Assembly (NCBI GenBank): GCA_040285745.1
Contig: JAUFOR010000006.1
Span: 186,001 to 250,000 of the forward strand
Direction of reading: 5' to 3'
Length of the DNA stretch: 64,000 nucleotides
From: Barthelona sp. PCE
Lineage: Eukaryota
Shown here: positions 26,387-39,704 of the stretch, in pieces
How positions within the stretch are numbered: the stretch's first letter is position 1
Layout of the letters: every line of letters begins with the position of its first letter
Translations under genes and position numbers: made by a program
The notes under the pieces: model-generated
Told to the model about the DNA's origin: nothing
The model's database searches: none
What the model saw: the letters and a program-made list of their open reading frames with translations, nothing else

Positions 26387-29300
26387 ATGAATAGTGGGTT
26401 TTTTATTACATTTTTTCTTCTTCTGTCCTTGACATTTGTTCTCTCTGTGCCAATGGGTATGATACAATTTCGTTTGAGCAATACATCTCACATTTAGCTG
26501 AAGAAACCCTTCTTATTGGAAGTTTTCACACAGATAGACTCGTCTTTGATATAGTCTCTCAATCGAATTCCGAACTTTTACTTCCAGCCAGTCTAACTAG
26601 TCAACTTTCAGTAGATTCTCTTAGTCTTCCAAGTGGGCAACATACATTCCAGACTGTCCAAAATGACAGGACAGGACATTTCGATATTGGGGGTGGTTAT
26701 GGAGGCATTTACTCTTATAACTATACGCACGGAGATTATGAGGTTAGTCTTGACCTTCCATTCCCTAAAATCGATGGAAAGACACTCTCTCTATGCGTTT
26801 CTGAAGATCATAGCACTACATTCCAGTTTGTTACAACAGGAAGTGATTTATATCTCGTAACATACGATGATAATGACCAAATGTCTCACAAACTAGAAGG
26901 AGTGACTATAGATCCGTTCAATTGCGTTGAATTGGATAATTATATCTATTTTGTCTCTAATCGAAATCTCCAAAAACTTGATTTATCTGACAACTCCATT
27001 TCAACTATCCATACCTTTGGAGCTCGAATCCAGGCTTTTGGACATCGTTACGATGAATTGTTAGATAGACGCCAGTACTTTTTTGACTTTGTTGTTGCTG
27101 GTCGTTTGCAATCCATTAAGAATTTGAATTCTCCTGATCCTACTGATTTGGGTACGTTTGCATTACCTACTGGTGTGTGCGAATTACATGCGTCAAGATC
27201 TGTGGCTGATGGAGTTGAAGCTGTGTGTCTTGATGGTGATCATAATAAGATTTTTATTGTTACTCCTAATGGTCATACTGAGCACACGTGTACTGGTAAC
27301 GCCCCATTTACCTTTGTTTATTATAAGTTACCTATTGCTCAACGAACTACAACCCCACCAAGCGTTTTCCAAGAATCATCAGTTATTGTTGATTACAGTG
27401 GATGGTTTCCTTTTGATCTCGGTGTTTATTATACAAAGAAGTATGATGATACCTTCCCTGAGACTAGTTCCAGCCTGGATATTGATACAATTGCGAAAAC
27501 AATCACTTTTTATGTTGAAGAAGACTTTTTTGGCAGAAAACTACAGTATGTTGACTTTATTTTCGATTTCGATAACCGTGCTGCATCTCTGGCTAATGAT
27601 TTGATTGAAGTAGGTTATCCTAGCACCCGTGTTTACTTTATTCCAGAAATTTTATCCATTCAACCTTCAAAACTTGCTACAGTACCCGATCAACTGCTGA
27701 ACATAACGTTCTCTGCGATGGAGGGCAGTTTTAAGAACACTAAAGTACTGTTTAAGGATGTTGGTGATTGCTTTTCTCCTTTTGAGATTGGGCAATCCGT
27801 TGCTTGTTTCACTCCTGCAGGTTTCGGTACAACAACTGAAATATCCATTGGATTTACAGCAGTTGATAATACCACACAATTCGCTATACCAAATGGTCAC
27901 AGTATTATCAACTGGCAAACACCAAAGATCTATACGTTATCACCTGTTCTCTTCTCTACGCAACCTTTCACCGCTGTCATGACACTCCGTGGTACTAACT
28001 TTGGCCCTGGTATCAAGAATGCCACCGTTACTATTGGCAATTATACAAGTATCAGTTCTGTATATAAAGGAAATATTCATACACATACCGTTCTCAGTTG
28101 TGTCATGCCAGAAGGCGTTGGCCGTGACCTGAACGTTAGTGTTGAAATCGAAGGTGTAGAATCAAATATTGCATTCACAAAGGTTTCTTATCAACCTCCA
28201 CTAGTTTTGGCCGTTGAACCCAGACAAATTAAATTCAATGGTGGTGAACTCACCATTCTTGGTATGAATTTCGGTCCTACATTGGAAACTATGAGTGTTA
28301 ATATTGGAAATTATTCGTGTCAGCCAACTGAATTTTTAATTCCTCATAGACAGTTCAAATGCACATTGGAACCAGGTGTAGGTGCCAATATGGATGTGAT
28401 GATTAATGTAGGTGGACAGAGTGCCATCCTGGCATCAACTCTCTCCTATGATCCTCCTGTTGTCGAATCAATTTATCCAATTTCTTCTTCTACTATTGGA
28501 GGATCAACGATTACGATCACAGGAATGCATTTTGGGCACAGTGAACATGATGAAATAACAGTTTCTATTGGTCAGTTCACCTGTTTCAATGTGGATCGCT
28601 ATTCTTCTACATCTCTGTCATGTGAGGTGCCCCCCGGCACAGGAAGCGATCTTTTGGTGTTTGTTTCCGTCGCTGGACAACAATCTAACACCAGTGTTCA
28701 GTTCTCATATCAAGCCCCTACTTTCCTTAACTCTTTTTCAGTCGGCGATCTTATCACTGATGGCGGAGCTCGTGTCTACATTGAAGGTGCTAATTTTGGT
28801 ACTAACGATATTGGTACCCATAGTGTTTTTATTGATAAATTCGAAGCCACACATATTAGTGTCGAAAGTAATCACTCAATGATCGGATTCACAGTTCCAC
28901 CTGGTGTAGGCGCAGACCTCAATGTCACAGTCACTGTTTCGGGCCAAGAACTCTTTATTCCCAGTATGTTTTCGTATGCCGAACCCATTGTTACGCACAT
29001 AAATATTTCTTCCTTTGACTGTGAGGGTGGTGCTATCGTAAAAATAACAGGCACTTCCTTCCCTGTACTGCCTTCGATCCCAGGTGTCATGTGGGCTTAT
29101 GATGCCCTCAAGGTGACATTAAACTTTGTTCAACAGGATCTTGATTTCAGTTTCCCTGCTTTTAGGGTTAATGTCGTCTCCACAACTGAAATCCATTGCG
29201 TGCTTCCACCAGGTGCAGGCACAGACATCAGACTTGTCGTATCTTATGATTACAGTGGTGTTACGATAAATGGCGTCGTCAGCTCTGTATTGTTTACATA

Positions 29301-32300
29301 CAATGCTCCTGTCATTCAAAATATCGACCCTCTCTTCTTATCCACAGCCTCAGATACAGAAATCATGCTTTCTGGTAAGAACTTTGGTAGATACGACTTC
29401 ATTCCATTGGAGGTACGGCTAATTAACGCTGAATATGGCATTGATCTCCCCTGTGTCGACATGGCACGATGGGGTGACGATGGCCTCACATGTTTTGTTT
29501 CTTATGCTGTTGGTGCTGATTTGACATTAGAAATCAATGTTGCAAACCAGATAACAACGACTGACTACACCATGTCTTACATGTTACCTGAGATCACATC
29601 TTGTACACCGAGCACATGTACTGTCAGTGCAAATAACGGCGGATCGTGTGATCCAATTACAATAACAGGCGTTAACTTTCCTCCACCTAAAGACCCTGAT
29701 GGTAACCCTTATGATACTCGTGTCTACATCGGTGATAAGGAATGCGTGGGAACGACATGGTTGTTCTTTGGTGGACTCCAATGTTATCCCCAGTTATCTG
29801 TTGGAGAAGACTTGCTCGTTCGAATTCAAACATTGAATCATCATTCGCTGACTTCTTCTATTGTCTTCTCATACTCACCCGCCCCATTGGTGGTTGGTGT
29901 TTCACCAAGTTTATTGCTTTTCAACTCTTCTAATGCTGCATTCACTGTTTCAGCACAGTATTTGGGAGAGTTCTTTACTCTTACCACTGAATCTGGACAA
30001 GAATGTACAGATTACAGTACAACCGTGTGTTCATCAAATGAATGCAGTTTCACATGTAACTTTGCATCAGTTGTAGGATCATCTAAGTTGTTCCTCAGAG
30101 CTGGAAATCATAAGTTAGAGCTCAGTAGAACACTGGAAATCTTGCCACCAGAAATCAGTCACCTTTCAAAGATGACAGATATTGTCAAAGATGAATTAAT
30201 TTATATACATGGTTGGAATTTTGGTCATATTGATCACACTAACTCACCATTGGTTACGTTCAATGATGAAGTCGCAACCGTACTTAGCTTTAATGACACA
30301 TGCATCTCTATTGAAGCACCAGTCGGCTACTCTAAGGTAGATGTCAAGGTTGCATTTGATACAATTGAATCTAATGCTGTTGAAGTTGAATTCATGGCTC
30401 CCAGCAATATCATTGTTGTTGCTTCAAACTCTGAGGTCGAACCATATTTCGGATCCACTATATACATCAGTGGTGATGACCTTAGCTCATACCCACCTCA
30501 TATGATTAACGCTACAGTTGGCGGTATCCCAGTCTTCTGTCATAGTATTTTCGATGCAGAGTACAAACTCACATTAAAAACGCCCCGAATTTCTGATATG
30601 GGACCTAATCCTGAGCTCATTCTTATGATTGGTGGGGATATCATTCACCGTGAGATCATCGAGTCAATCGAACCATCTATTATTCAAGTCAGTCCGATGA
30701 AGTACACGTATACCAGTAGCGAAGAATACATTCATGTCGTTTTGTCGGCACATGTACCTATTCCAGTTTCATTCAACGTGATGCAGGGTTTGGATCCGGC
30801 AGCATGTACTGTGACGACCATTGCAACTAATCATTATAAGTTAAAGTGTGATTTCACTACTTTTGATCATAACCTCTCTTATAACGTTGAACTTTTGTAT
30901 AAGACCTTGGTAGTTGACATATATGAACTTCAATTTGCTGAAGAATCAGGTGAACACAAAAATATGTTGTTAGATGCAGATTTTTCTGCTTGGTATCCCT
31001 CTTCATGTTCCTATTATTTGGAAAATTTAATTGGTGATACATACTTAATCCAAGAAGAAATGGACAGATCCCCACTGGAAGGTGGAATTTTTGTTATCAA
31101 ACGAGACTGTATTGGTGTTATCACTTATATTTCTGGTGATAAAGCATTTCCATCACTCGATGAAGTAATTATCCACAGTTCTGTATCTCCTTTCTTCAAC
31201 AATTCCGTCGCAGTAGCTAAAGTTGGAGGGTACCTACCATTCGAAGAAGAGGTTACTGTGCTTATTGGGGGCGGAAACGAGCAAACTGGAGTTATGCTAG
31301 GTGATGGTGTAATTGGTTTTGATATTGTTGTCGCAGAATTGTCATCCACTGTTGTAGAAATTTTGTTTGATAATATTGTAGCTGAACCAGTAAGTGTTGG
31401 CTCTTCATCAATCGCTCCTTATTCCGTTTCAATTTCACCAAATGCTATAACCCGAAATGAAGCTATCCTCATAACTTTTGTTGGTAATCTGCCTTTTGAT
31501 GATGATGTTGTTTTCATAGAATTGACAGATGAAAATGGAAATGTACTTCAAATTGAAGCATCTTCCGTAAGCTCATCACTTGTTGACGGAATTGTATACA
31601 TCGATGATCCGAACAGAGTTTTCCCGACCCTTTCGGGTGATTCTTACGATGTTGTTCTACGTAGCATTGACGTTATCATCCACTGTGGTTCAATTAGCAT
31701 ATTTAGCGTTCATTCTGTGTCACCAACTTTTGGGTCTATGAGCTCTTGGATTCCAATAATCGTAGAGGGTACTGGTTTTGTCGAAAGTATCAATCCTACA
31801 TGTGTTTTCACTCTATCAGATGGTTCAGGCTCTTATCAGAGTATTATTACTCCTACCATTCTTTCTGAAACACAACTTCAGTGTAATGTTCCTCCAAGTA
31901 AGGAGACAGGTGGCGTTAACTTCTATTTGAATGCGAACAGCCATTCAGCATCACCTAATGAAGACTTTATCAAATACAGTGATGTTGTGATTGAGTCATT
32001 CGCACCTCATGTAGCATCGTTGGATGGAAATGACTTCTTTTCTGTTGTTAACTTTACTGGTGGACCCAAGGATTTATCTCAGTTCCAGCTGTGGTTAGTT
32101 GATTCTTTAGAACAAAGATTTGAGATTAGTGATGTGGACTTCTCTTTTCAGTCATTATATTTCCGTATTCCTGCTTATGACACACTTGGTCTTGATTCAA
32201 ATGAGAAGAGTTACCGAGTTGTATACACATTTAACGGTGTTGAAATGAATGAACTCCCAAATCGCGTCTTCTACACTCAACCTGTTGTCACTACAGTCAG

Positions 32301-35300
32301 CCCTCTTCGTGTTAGCCCAGCTTTCCCCATCCCAATCACTGTGGATGGTGCTTTCTTTGTTAACGCCAAAGATGATTCTTTCCTATGTTCGTTCAACGAT
32401 GTAATTTCGCAAGGATACTTTTTCAATTCAACTCGTGTTATTTGTCGTGTTCCTCGTAGTGTGAAAGAGTTTGGTGACCAGGTCTTCCGAATTTCTTTTG
32501 ATATGGGCCAGTCCTGGACTAATGCTCCTTCAGTTTTCTTCATCCAGTCAGTTACAGAGAGTTGTCCTGCAAGTGTATACACCCCATCCATTAGGAAAGA
32601 ACGTCGCATCAAGCAGCAGAGCTACAGGCTTCGCAACATCGCAGGAGACGCATCAATCGAATCCACTGGACTTTCACCTTTTGTATACAACGATACACGT
32701 ACAATAATTGACGGAGATCGATGCTGCACTCCAACCGATGAGAACTTCGGGCTGTGTGGTTTGAAATTCATCTCAAAAACAAACGTTTCTGTTGTGGTCA
32801 AATTCCCCTCACCAGCATATCTTGAAATGATTGTTACTGATTGGCTTGACCCTTGTAACCAGCAACCAAATGCGTTCTCTATCGAAACAATGCAATTCAG
32901 GCCTGATAATGCCGATTGGAGCACTGATTTCGACACTGATGGTGAATGGAACCATATTAGTGATCACTGGACTGGTCGCGGTACTATTCCTTTTGATGTG
33001 TATCCCCGTACATGTTCGTCCATCATCAGTGAACAGGGTGATGTGTCGCAGTGTGTTGATACATTCAAGAATGGCATTATTGTTGATGCTATTCGTCTTA
33101 ACTTTACCAACCGTTTACAGAACCGTAACAGAGCTCATCTCATGGAGTTTGAAGCCCATGGTCTTTTCGTGGCTGAGGCTTTTGAACTAGACGGTGCACT
33201 TGCTGCAATTGGTCTTCCTGAAGATGTTCCAAAATCACCTCAATACAAGTTCCAAATGAAGGAGCTCGAGCCCATCTCTATTCAAACTGATTTCTCCGTC
33301 ACACTCCCATCCATCAACGTCGCGACACTGAACTACGCAGGCACAGCGCTTGGTGACGGTCTAATGGTTGATGCTGAAGTTTCAACACTTTTAGTTGCTC
33401 GTCTAGACGACCGTACGTATGTTGATGAATCAAAGTTTACATTAGATGAGCTTGAGGAATATGAGCGTCAGATTGAACTAACTGAGGATTCTCGGAAAGA
33501 TTATGAAAAGGAAATGGAAGTAGTCAGTGTTCTCCGTGAGTATATGGCAGCACCAGACGCCTCCGAACCCTTAGTTAACGGTCGTGCTTCTCTTGATATC
33601 GAACTGAGAGCTCCACCGAGTGCTGGTCATGATTATGCATATGAACTGTTCGTGTTCTCACAAACAGTTGAAGTAGGTTTCGTTGTACCCATTAATGTAC
33701 TCCCTGGGCCACCTCGTCATATTTCTGTCGAGCCACTGTCTAAACTGAGATACCCAACATATTTCAACGTCACGATCAACCCAATTCAGATATCTATGTT
33801 GGACGCATCACATCATCCTGCTGACTTGACGTTGGGTGATCCAATTGAGGTGAACGTTACAGTTCTTTACCTCAGAAACGTGGATCCTTTGGAAAGACTG
33901 AACCCTGATTTTATCGAACCAGTACCACGTGATGTGACCGACACGATTTTGTTGGAGCAATTAAAGAACGATTCTTCTTCAATCTCAAACAGTACTGACT
34001 TTGTTGAGCTGTATCCGGTCCTTCAAAGCCCTGAAGTAGGCCGTTATTACTTTGTCATTCATTCAAATAGCTCTTCCGATCCAGTTACGTTGACCATCAC
34101 TGTTGCACCGGGTCTTCCTGATGCCATTCGCATTATTTACCCGCAATCGACATTGGTTCCGAACCATGCGCCGTTCTCAATTGCCCCTGTAGTGGAAATT
34201 ATAGATTATTTATCTAATGTTGTCGAAAATACTTCATTAACAGTAACAATAATTGCTTCTGATGAAGAAGACAAGTTGTTGACAATGTCAGATGTGGCAA
34301 CGCGTTCTTACACAGCACTGTCAGGTGTCGCCTCTTTCGAAGACATGTGGGTATCGGCCAAACATGGCACATCATTTGTGCTCACAGCTAGGGTTGATTC
34401 TCCATTATTGGAGGATGTTACAAGCCAATTGCTCACCTTAGAGAGCTGCCCAACTTCAAAAGCAAGTGTTTATGACTCATCAGAGTTCAAATACACCTGT
34501 GTATGCCAACATGGTCACTTTTTAGACGGAAGCGTGTGCACACAATGTCCGCAGAACACCTACAAGGATGTTGTCGGTAACGATGTGTGCACAACATGCC
34601 CTGCGTTGAAGGGAACATGGGGAAGGGGGTCCATTGATAGATCAAACTGTCTGTGCATTGGTAATCTTCTTGAAATCGATGACAGATGTATCCAGTGCCC
34701 TGAGGGTCTGATCTGCGTCAATGGTGTTGCAAACGGTACGCTCCCTTCATACTGGAGCAAGAATCTTACATCGAGCAGCGTTTACACATGTACTAACACG
34801 GCATGTCTAGGTCGAAGAAGTGATTCTCTGGAGCCATGCGAGCCCTACCATAGCGGCCCTCTGTGCAACATATGCATTGATAACTCCGCTCGTGTTGGAA
34901 AAGGATGCTCACCATGTTCAGATAAGGCGTGGCTCGATATTTTAATTCTTCTCGTTATTCTATTCTTTGCAGCTGGTCTCATATACATGCTTATCCGAGG
35001 TAGTAAGACTCCGAGGTCACAGGCCTCGCAGTACACTCGTATTGGTATGAACCACGCACAGGTCTTGTTCGCTCTTGGTGATTTCGGTGCTCGCTGGCCT
35101 GGAATGCTCAAAAGTCTGTTCGGTGCCGCCGGTGCCGCCGGTGGTGGTGTATCTATTCCCGCATTCACATGCACGTTGGGATTGAACTTCCAAAGACAGA
35201 CATACGTATACTACCTTCTTCCATTTGTGATGGTATTCTTCCTATGGATATTCTATAGGTTATTCGGTGACAAGGAAGAGCGTAGACGCTCTAAATCTTT

Positions 35301-36465
35301 AATTTCACCAGAATTACAAAGAGCTATTCTCGCTGTACTTTACACTTTGTATTCTATTGAGTTGAAGCAATCGCTGCAGGCATTAAGGTGCGTCAATATT
35401 GACGGAGAGCATCTGCTACTTGCTGATATGTCGATCCACTGCGATTCAAGCTCGTATGGAACGTTCAGACTGGTTAGTTGGGTCGCTCTTGTTGGTTATG
35501 GTGCAGGAATTCCAGTTCTTTTCCTCATTTTCCTCATTATTGATCTGAACTTGAGCATGAAGTTACCTGATGGTACAATCCCACCTTCCAAATTTTTAAG
35601 TGGTGGTTACCGAAAGAGAACCTTCTTCTGGGAGATTGTTATCGTAGCGCGTAAAGCGATCATCTCTATCCTCACTGTTTTCTTAGCTAGCAACATTGAC
35701 TTGCAATTGATCATGGGTACAGGTACCATTTTTGTATTCCTGATGCTTCATTCATTGTGTCAACCTTACAACTCAAAGACAACCTTCACTCTGGAGCTTT
35801 TATCGTTGTATATTATGTTTGCTACTTTACTGAGTGGTATTACCCTTGGTGCTGATGAGGTTACGACTTCACAGAAAAATATCATCGCCTGGGTTGTTCT
35901 AATTGTTAATCTCGTCATTCTGAGCACAGTGTTCTTCTACTATGCTCATTTACAGTATGATAAATGGAGAAATAAGAGGAGAAAGAAGAAGTATAAGAAT
36001 GGTTTTAAACTACTCAACAACCGTGAAGAATCTCAATTCATTGAGCTCCAGGAGTTTAAGATGACAGTGAACCCTCTGTATGAGAGAGACAGAGCAGATG
36101 ATGATACTAATGATGTATCACTCGGTGGTATCACAGACGAGGTTCGTATTAAGAGAGTTGGACCGATTATTCTCTACTTTGAAGACCTCAAGAAGGAGGG
36201 TATGGTGCCTGAAGGCATGGCGGAAGATCTGTTGGAAGATATCAAGATTACTTTCGTCACAGAGAGGCTTGGTTTCGTAGATATATGCATTGAATTCATT
36301 AATGTGTTGATGGAACCACAAGAATATACATATAGTATCAGAGAACTCAAGGCTGTCAGTAATATGGATGAAATCATTGATCTCGATATGGTTGAACTAT
36401 TGTCGAAACCTTTCTATAGATATATTAACAATAACTTCAACAAGCCCATCAGAGGGCGTAAATAG
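26387..36465 (+). CDS. Giant surface protein: signal peptide, IPT/TIG repeats, discoidin-like domain, Cys-rich repeats, multi-pass TM C-terminus (exons 26387-26456, 26498-36465)
   Basis: Exon 1 encodes a signal peptide (MNSGFFITFFLLLSLTFVLS). Removing intron 26457-26497 joins it in frame to the 3194-aa ORF. Repeated ITITGxNFG...C.VPPG.G..L.V.V.V.GQ; CTQCPQNTYKD; hydrophobic C-terminus with YRKRTFFWEIVIVARK. Confidence 0.85.
26457..26497 (+). other. Spliceosomal intron, 41 nt
   Basis: GTATGA...CTCACATTTAG; removes an in-frame TAG and links the signal-peptide exon to the long ORF. Confidence 0.9.
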
Positions 36466-36505
36466 CAATAAACTAATGTTATAATTTATTTCTCCTTTTT
36501 CAGTA

Positions 36506-37572
36506 ATGAGCAGCGATATTCTGTTCTGTGGGTTCAATCAAAACACGTCTTGCCTTGCAGTGGGAACAGACCATGGGTTCACCATATTCAACACTGAACC
36601 TTTCAGTCTTAACATAAAGAGAAGTATCATTATTTTGACTTTATCATTATTTTGCGCTCACATTTAGTAATGGAGGCCGGAATTGGCCTTGTGTCTATGG
36701 TTTATAGGACAAACGTTGTTGGTCTTGTTGGCGGAGGAAACCCTCCACGATTTGCTCCTTCCAAAGCCATCTTATGGGATGATCATCGTAAGAGAGTGCT
36801 TGGAGAGATTACACTGTCAAGTCCTGTTAAGAATATGCTCTTAAACGCTTCAAATATTTGTATCGCTCTTGAAGATCGTGTTCTGGTCTACAAGCTCGAC
36901 AACCTCATGTTGATGCATGAGGCACAGACTGTTCCAAACGAAGGTGGCGTTCTCGCACTGAGTGGAAGTAGAAACTCCAATATAATGGCTTCCTTAACGT
37001 GTTCTGTTGGTGAAATCCTCATATACAACCTCCTCACACAGACGTCATTTCGGATCGAGGCTCATAAATCCCCTATAAAATGTCTAGCGTTGTCAGACGA
37101 TGGAAAATGGCTTGCTACAGCTTCTGTGAAGGGAACGCTAATTAGAGTCTTTGATCTTTCATCGCACGACCCCGCAAATCCCTCAGTAGAGGTTTCAAAG
37201 CGCACATTCCGTCGTGGTACTGACCAGGCCAGCATTACATCAATAGCGTTTTCTCCTGCTCCAGACAACCGGTATCTAGCATGTACAAGTGACCATGGCA
37301 CCATACATATCTTCTCCCTATTGGAAGGCCGTAATCCTCGACCAAAACTACACTTCTTAAGAGGGATGTCGGAGTATTTTGATTGTGAACGATCGTTAAT
37401 TACATTCAAGTTGGAGGATACGATGCCGAAGGTAGGTTTCCTTGCTGACGACCAGCGCTTGGTATGCGTAACATCACAGGGATCGTTCTATGGTTTTGAT
37501 ATTGATGTGAACAACAATACCTTAAACCCTTATGTCTATGAAAACTTTGTAGCATCATTAACTGATGATTAA
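36506..37572 (+). CDS. ATG18: PROPPIN family WD40 protein ATG18/WIPI (exons 36506-36623, 36668-37572)
   Basis: Exon 1 MSSDILFCGFNQNTSCLAVGT; AHKSPIKCLALS, LATASVKGTLIRVF, lipid-binding FRRG, SDHGTIHIF. Confidence 0.9.
36624..36667 (+). other. Spliceosomal intron, 44 nt
   Basis: GTATCA...CTCACATTTAG; splicing joins the conserved Atg18 N-terminus in frame. Confidence 0.9.
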
Positions 37573-37608
37573 TGTTTTGTTTTTTGTATTTATTACACAA
37601 TTTATAAG

Positions 37609-38880
37609 TTACTTGGAAGTCAAAAATTCCATGACACTGCGTACGGCTTCTGCACTATTGAAACTAATAAGACCATAGCTTTGACTCAAGATATTACTGT
37701 TTCTTTTGCTTAAACCAGGTGACACGGCATCAGAATCTAAAATTAAAATCTTTGCACTCAATACTGTTCCAAAACAACTGAAAATTTGGCCTAATTGCAA
37801 GTCACTGAATTCATTGGGGATGTTACCGATAAGTATGTTGGCTCCTTTTGGCCCTTGAATAAAATCTTTTACGCTATTCAACTGAATCAATGGTTCAACG
37901 CTACAAAATTGAACTGCGCCCTGAGGTACATGGACAATACGCTCGAAAGGGAATGTCATACTGGCCAGTAAAACCTCCTCTTGGCCTGGGTTGTCGGGAG
38001 AAATAATTGTTGGTGGTGGAATACCCAACTGCTTTGACTGTTCGTATAAATTCTCATAGTGTTCGGTGTCTTCTTCACTTGCAGCACGCAAAGTAAGACC
38101 ACGTAAAGCGCTATGCATACGCCTAACCTTCTTTTCTCGGTCAGAATCCGCAAATTTAATAACAGAAGCATGTGGTGCATCAGCAAACAAAAAACGATTA
38201 TTAAAATGATCTCTCACACGTTCTGCTTGCTCGATTGTCTTCATACGTAGAAAAGCACACCCCTTCGATTGCAAATCTGCATCTCTTAATATTGTAATCT
38301 CATCAACTTCACCATAATTTGGATTGTTAAAAATATTATGCAGATCCTCTTCGGTGATTGTTTTCGGTATCATACCGATAAACAGCTTAAATTCGGCTGT
38401 TTGCGGGTCAGGATTGTATTGTTTTGTACTGATAGAAGAAGCAGAGCGATGCGGTGTAGAATACTTAGTTCCTGAAGCAAATCGCACTTGCAAAGGGTTG
38501 GACATTGCTCCACACGCGCGGGTGTTGTGTAAGACATCAATGGCACGTTGAGCATCGTTCAATTCATAAAAATTAACAAAACCACAACCTTTTGAGCGTC
38601 TACTATTCCTCTCCCGGATGATTGCTACTTCCGCAATAGAACCAAAGGAACGAAATAAATGCCTGAGCTGCTTTTCATCCCAAGAACGAGGTACTTGACC
38701 TACAAACAGCTTAACGTACTCAACCTGCTGTTGTTTCTGCATAGGCATGAAGAAATTCACAGGATTTGCCTTGCCCGTTGGAACGAAACTGGGAATAAAA
38801 GGACGAGAACTTCCAGCGTTCACTCTCACCTCCTTTTTACCACTATTTGGCCTGAAAGGCCTGGTTGGTTTGGAGCTCAT
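37609..38880 (-). CDS. CELF/Bruno-like RNA-binding protein (three RRMs, third truncated)
   Basis: KLFVGQVPRSWDE, SKGCGFV, PLQVRFA; KLFIGMIPK, SKGCAF, VIKFAD; GPKGANILIGNIPNEFSD...FGTVLSAK. Confidence 0.9.
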   Translation of the reverse strand: MSSKPTRPFRPNSGKKEVRVNAGSSRPFIPSFVPTGKANPVNFFMPMQKQQQVEYVKLFVGQVPRSWDEKQLRHLFRSFGSIAEVAIIRERNSRRSKGCGFVNFYELNDAQRAIDVLHNTRACGAMSNPLQVRFASGTKYSTPHRSASSISTKQYNPDPQTAEFKLFIGMIPKTITEEDLHNIFNNPNYGEVDEITILRDADLQSKGCAFLRMKTIEQAERVRDHFNNRFLFADAPHASVIKFADSDREKKVRRMHSALRGLTLRAASEEDTEHYENLYEQSKQLGIPPPTIISPDNPGQEEVLLASMTFPFERIVHVPQGAVQFCSVEPLIQLNSVKDFIQGPKGANILIGNIPNEFSDLQLGQIFSCFGTVLSAKILILDSDAVSPGLSKRNSNILSQSYGLISFNSAEAVRSVMEFLTSK

Positions 38881-39178
38881 GGTTGGTTTAAACTGATAAA
38901 ATCAATCTCTACCACATATAAGCGATAAAAATATTACTACGTCAACAATTTTACAGCAAAACTTTCCCACATCTGCAAGCTGGTTGATAGTACAAACACA
39001 GACTTTTCCAATCAATATAACACTAAAACAATCAAACTAGAAATAGCTGCATAATAATAAATGTGGATACACTTACAACAGTAGTTTTAACCAAATTTTT
39101 GTGGTATACACACATGATACAAGAATGAAAAACTTTGTTAAAACCAAAACTAATAAAAAATTATGTTTGTATGTTTTA

Positions 39179-39640
39179 CTACTGCTCTTCTTCTTCTGGC
39201 ACCATCATTGCCTTACTCACATGTTCAGACCATGCCAAGTACATGCTCATCTGCCTCTGCTTCCTCTCCTCCTTAATTGTGCGTTCATATAAAACAGTCC
39301 TCATCAAATAATCAAATTCCGTCTGAGAGAAATCCTTTAACTCATTCATCATGTGCTTCTTATTGATGATCGAAATAGTTTTAATTGAATTACTGCGAAT
39401 TGTCATCACACCATAAGGTTTATAGGCATATTTGCTGTTAATTACAAGTCTTTGGAATACATTGTTAAGTGTCAGGTTGCCAAACTGATCGAAGGTTAAT
39501 AACTCCCCCATGTATACTTCTGTTTCGTTGAGTGTAACCAGTATGGGATGCCCAAGATAAATGCTCAAATAACTGACACCTGGGAATACCCGAATGCGCC
39601 GCTTTTCCTCTGTTTCTGCGTTATTTTGCCACTTTGGCAT
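39179..39640 (-). CDS. LSM1: Sm-like protein Lsm1
   Basis: Sm1/Sm2 motifs GELLTFDQFGNLTL...KYAYKPYGVMTIR with an Lsm1-type C-terminal helical extension. Confidence 0.7.
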   Translation of the reverse strand: MPKWQNNAETEEKRRIRVFPGVSYLSIYLGHPILVTLNETEVYMGELLTFDQFGNLTLNNVFQRLVINSKYAYKPYGVMTIRSNSIKTISIINKKHMMNELKDFSQTEFDYLMRTVLYERTIKEERKQRQMSMYLAWSEHVSKAMMVPEEEEQ

Positions 39641-39704
39641 CTGTTATAATAGAAATTGAATATAAAGCTGAAAGCAAATATTTCCACCATTACTTATTCT
39701 TAAA

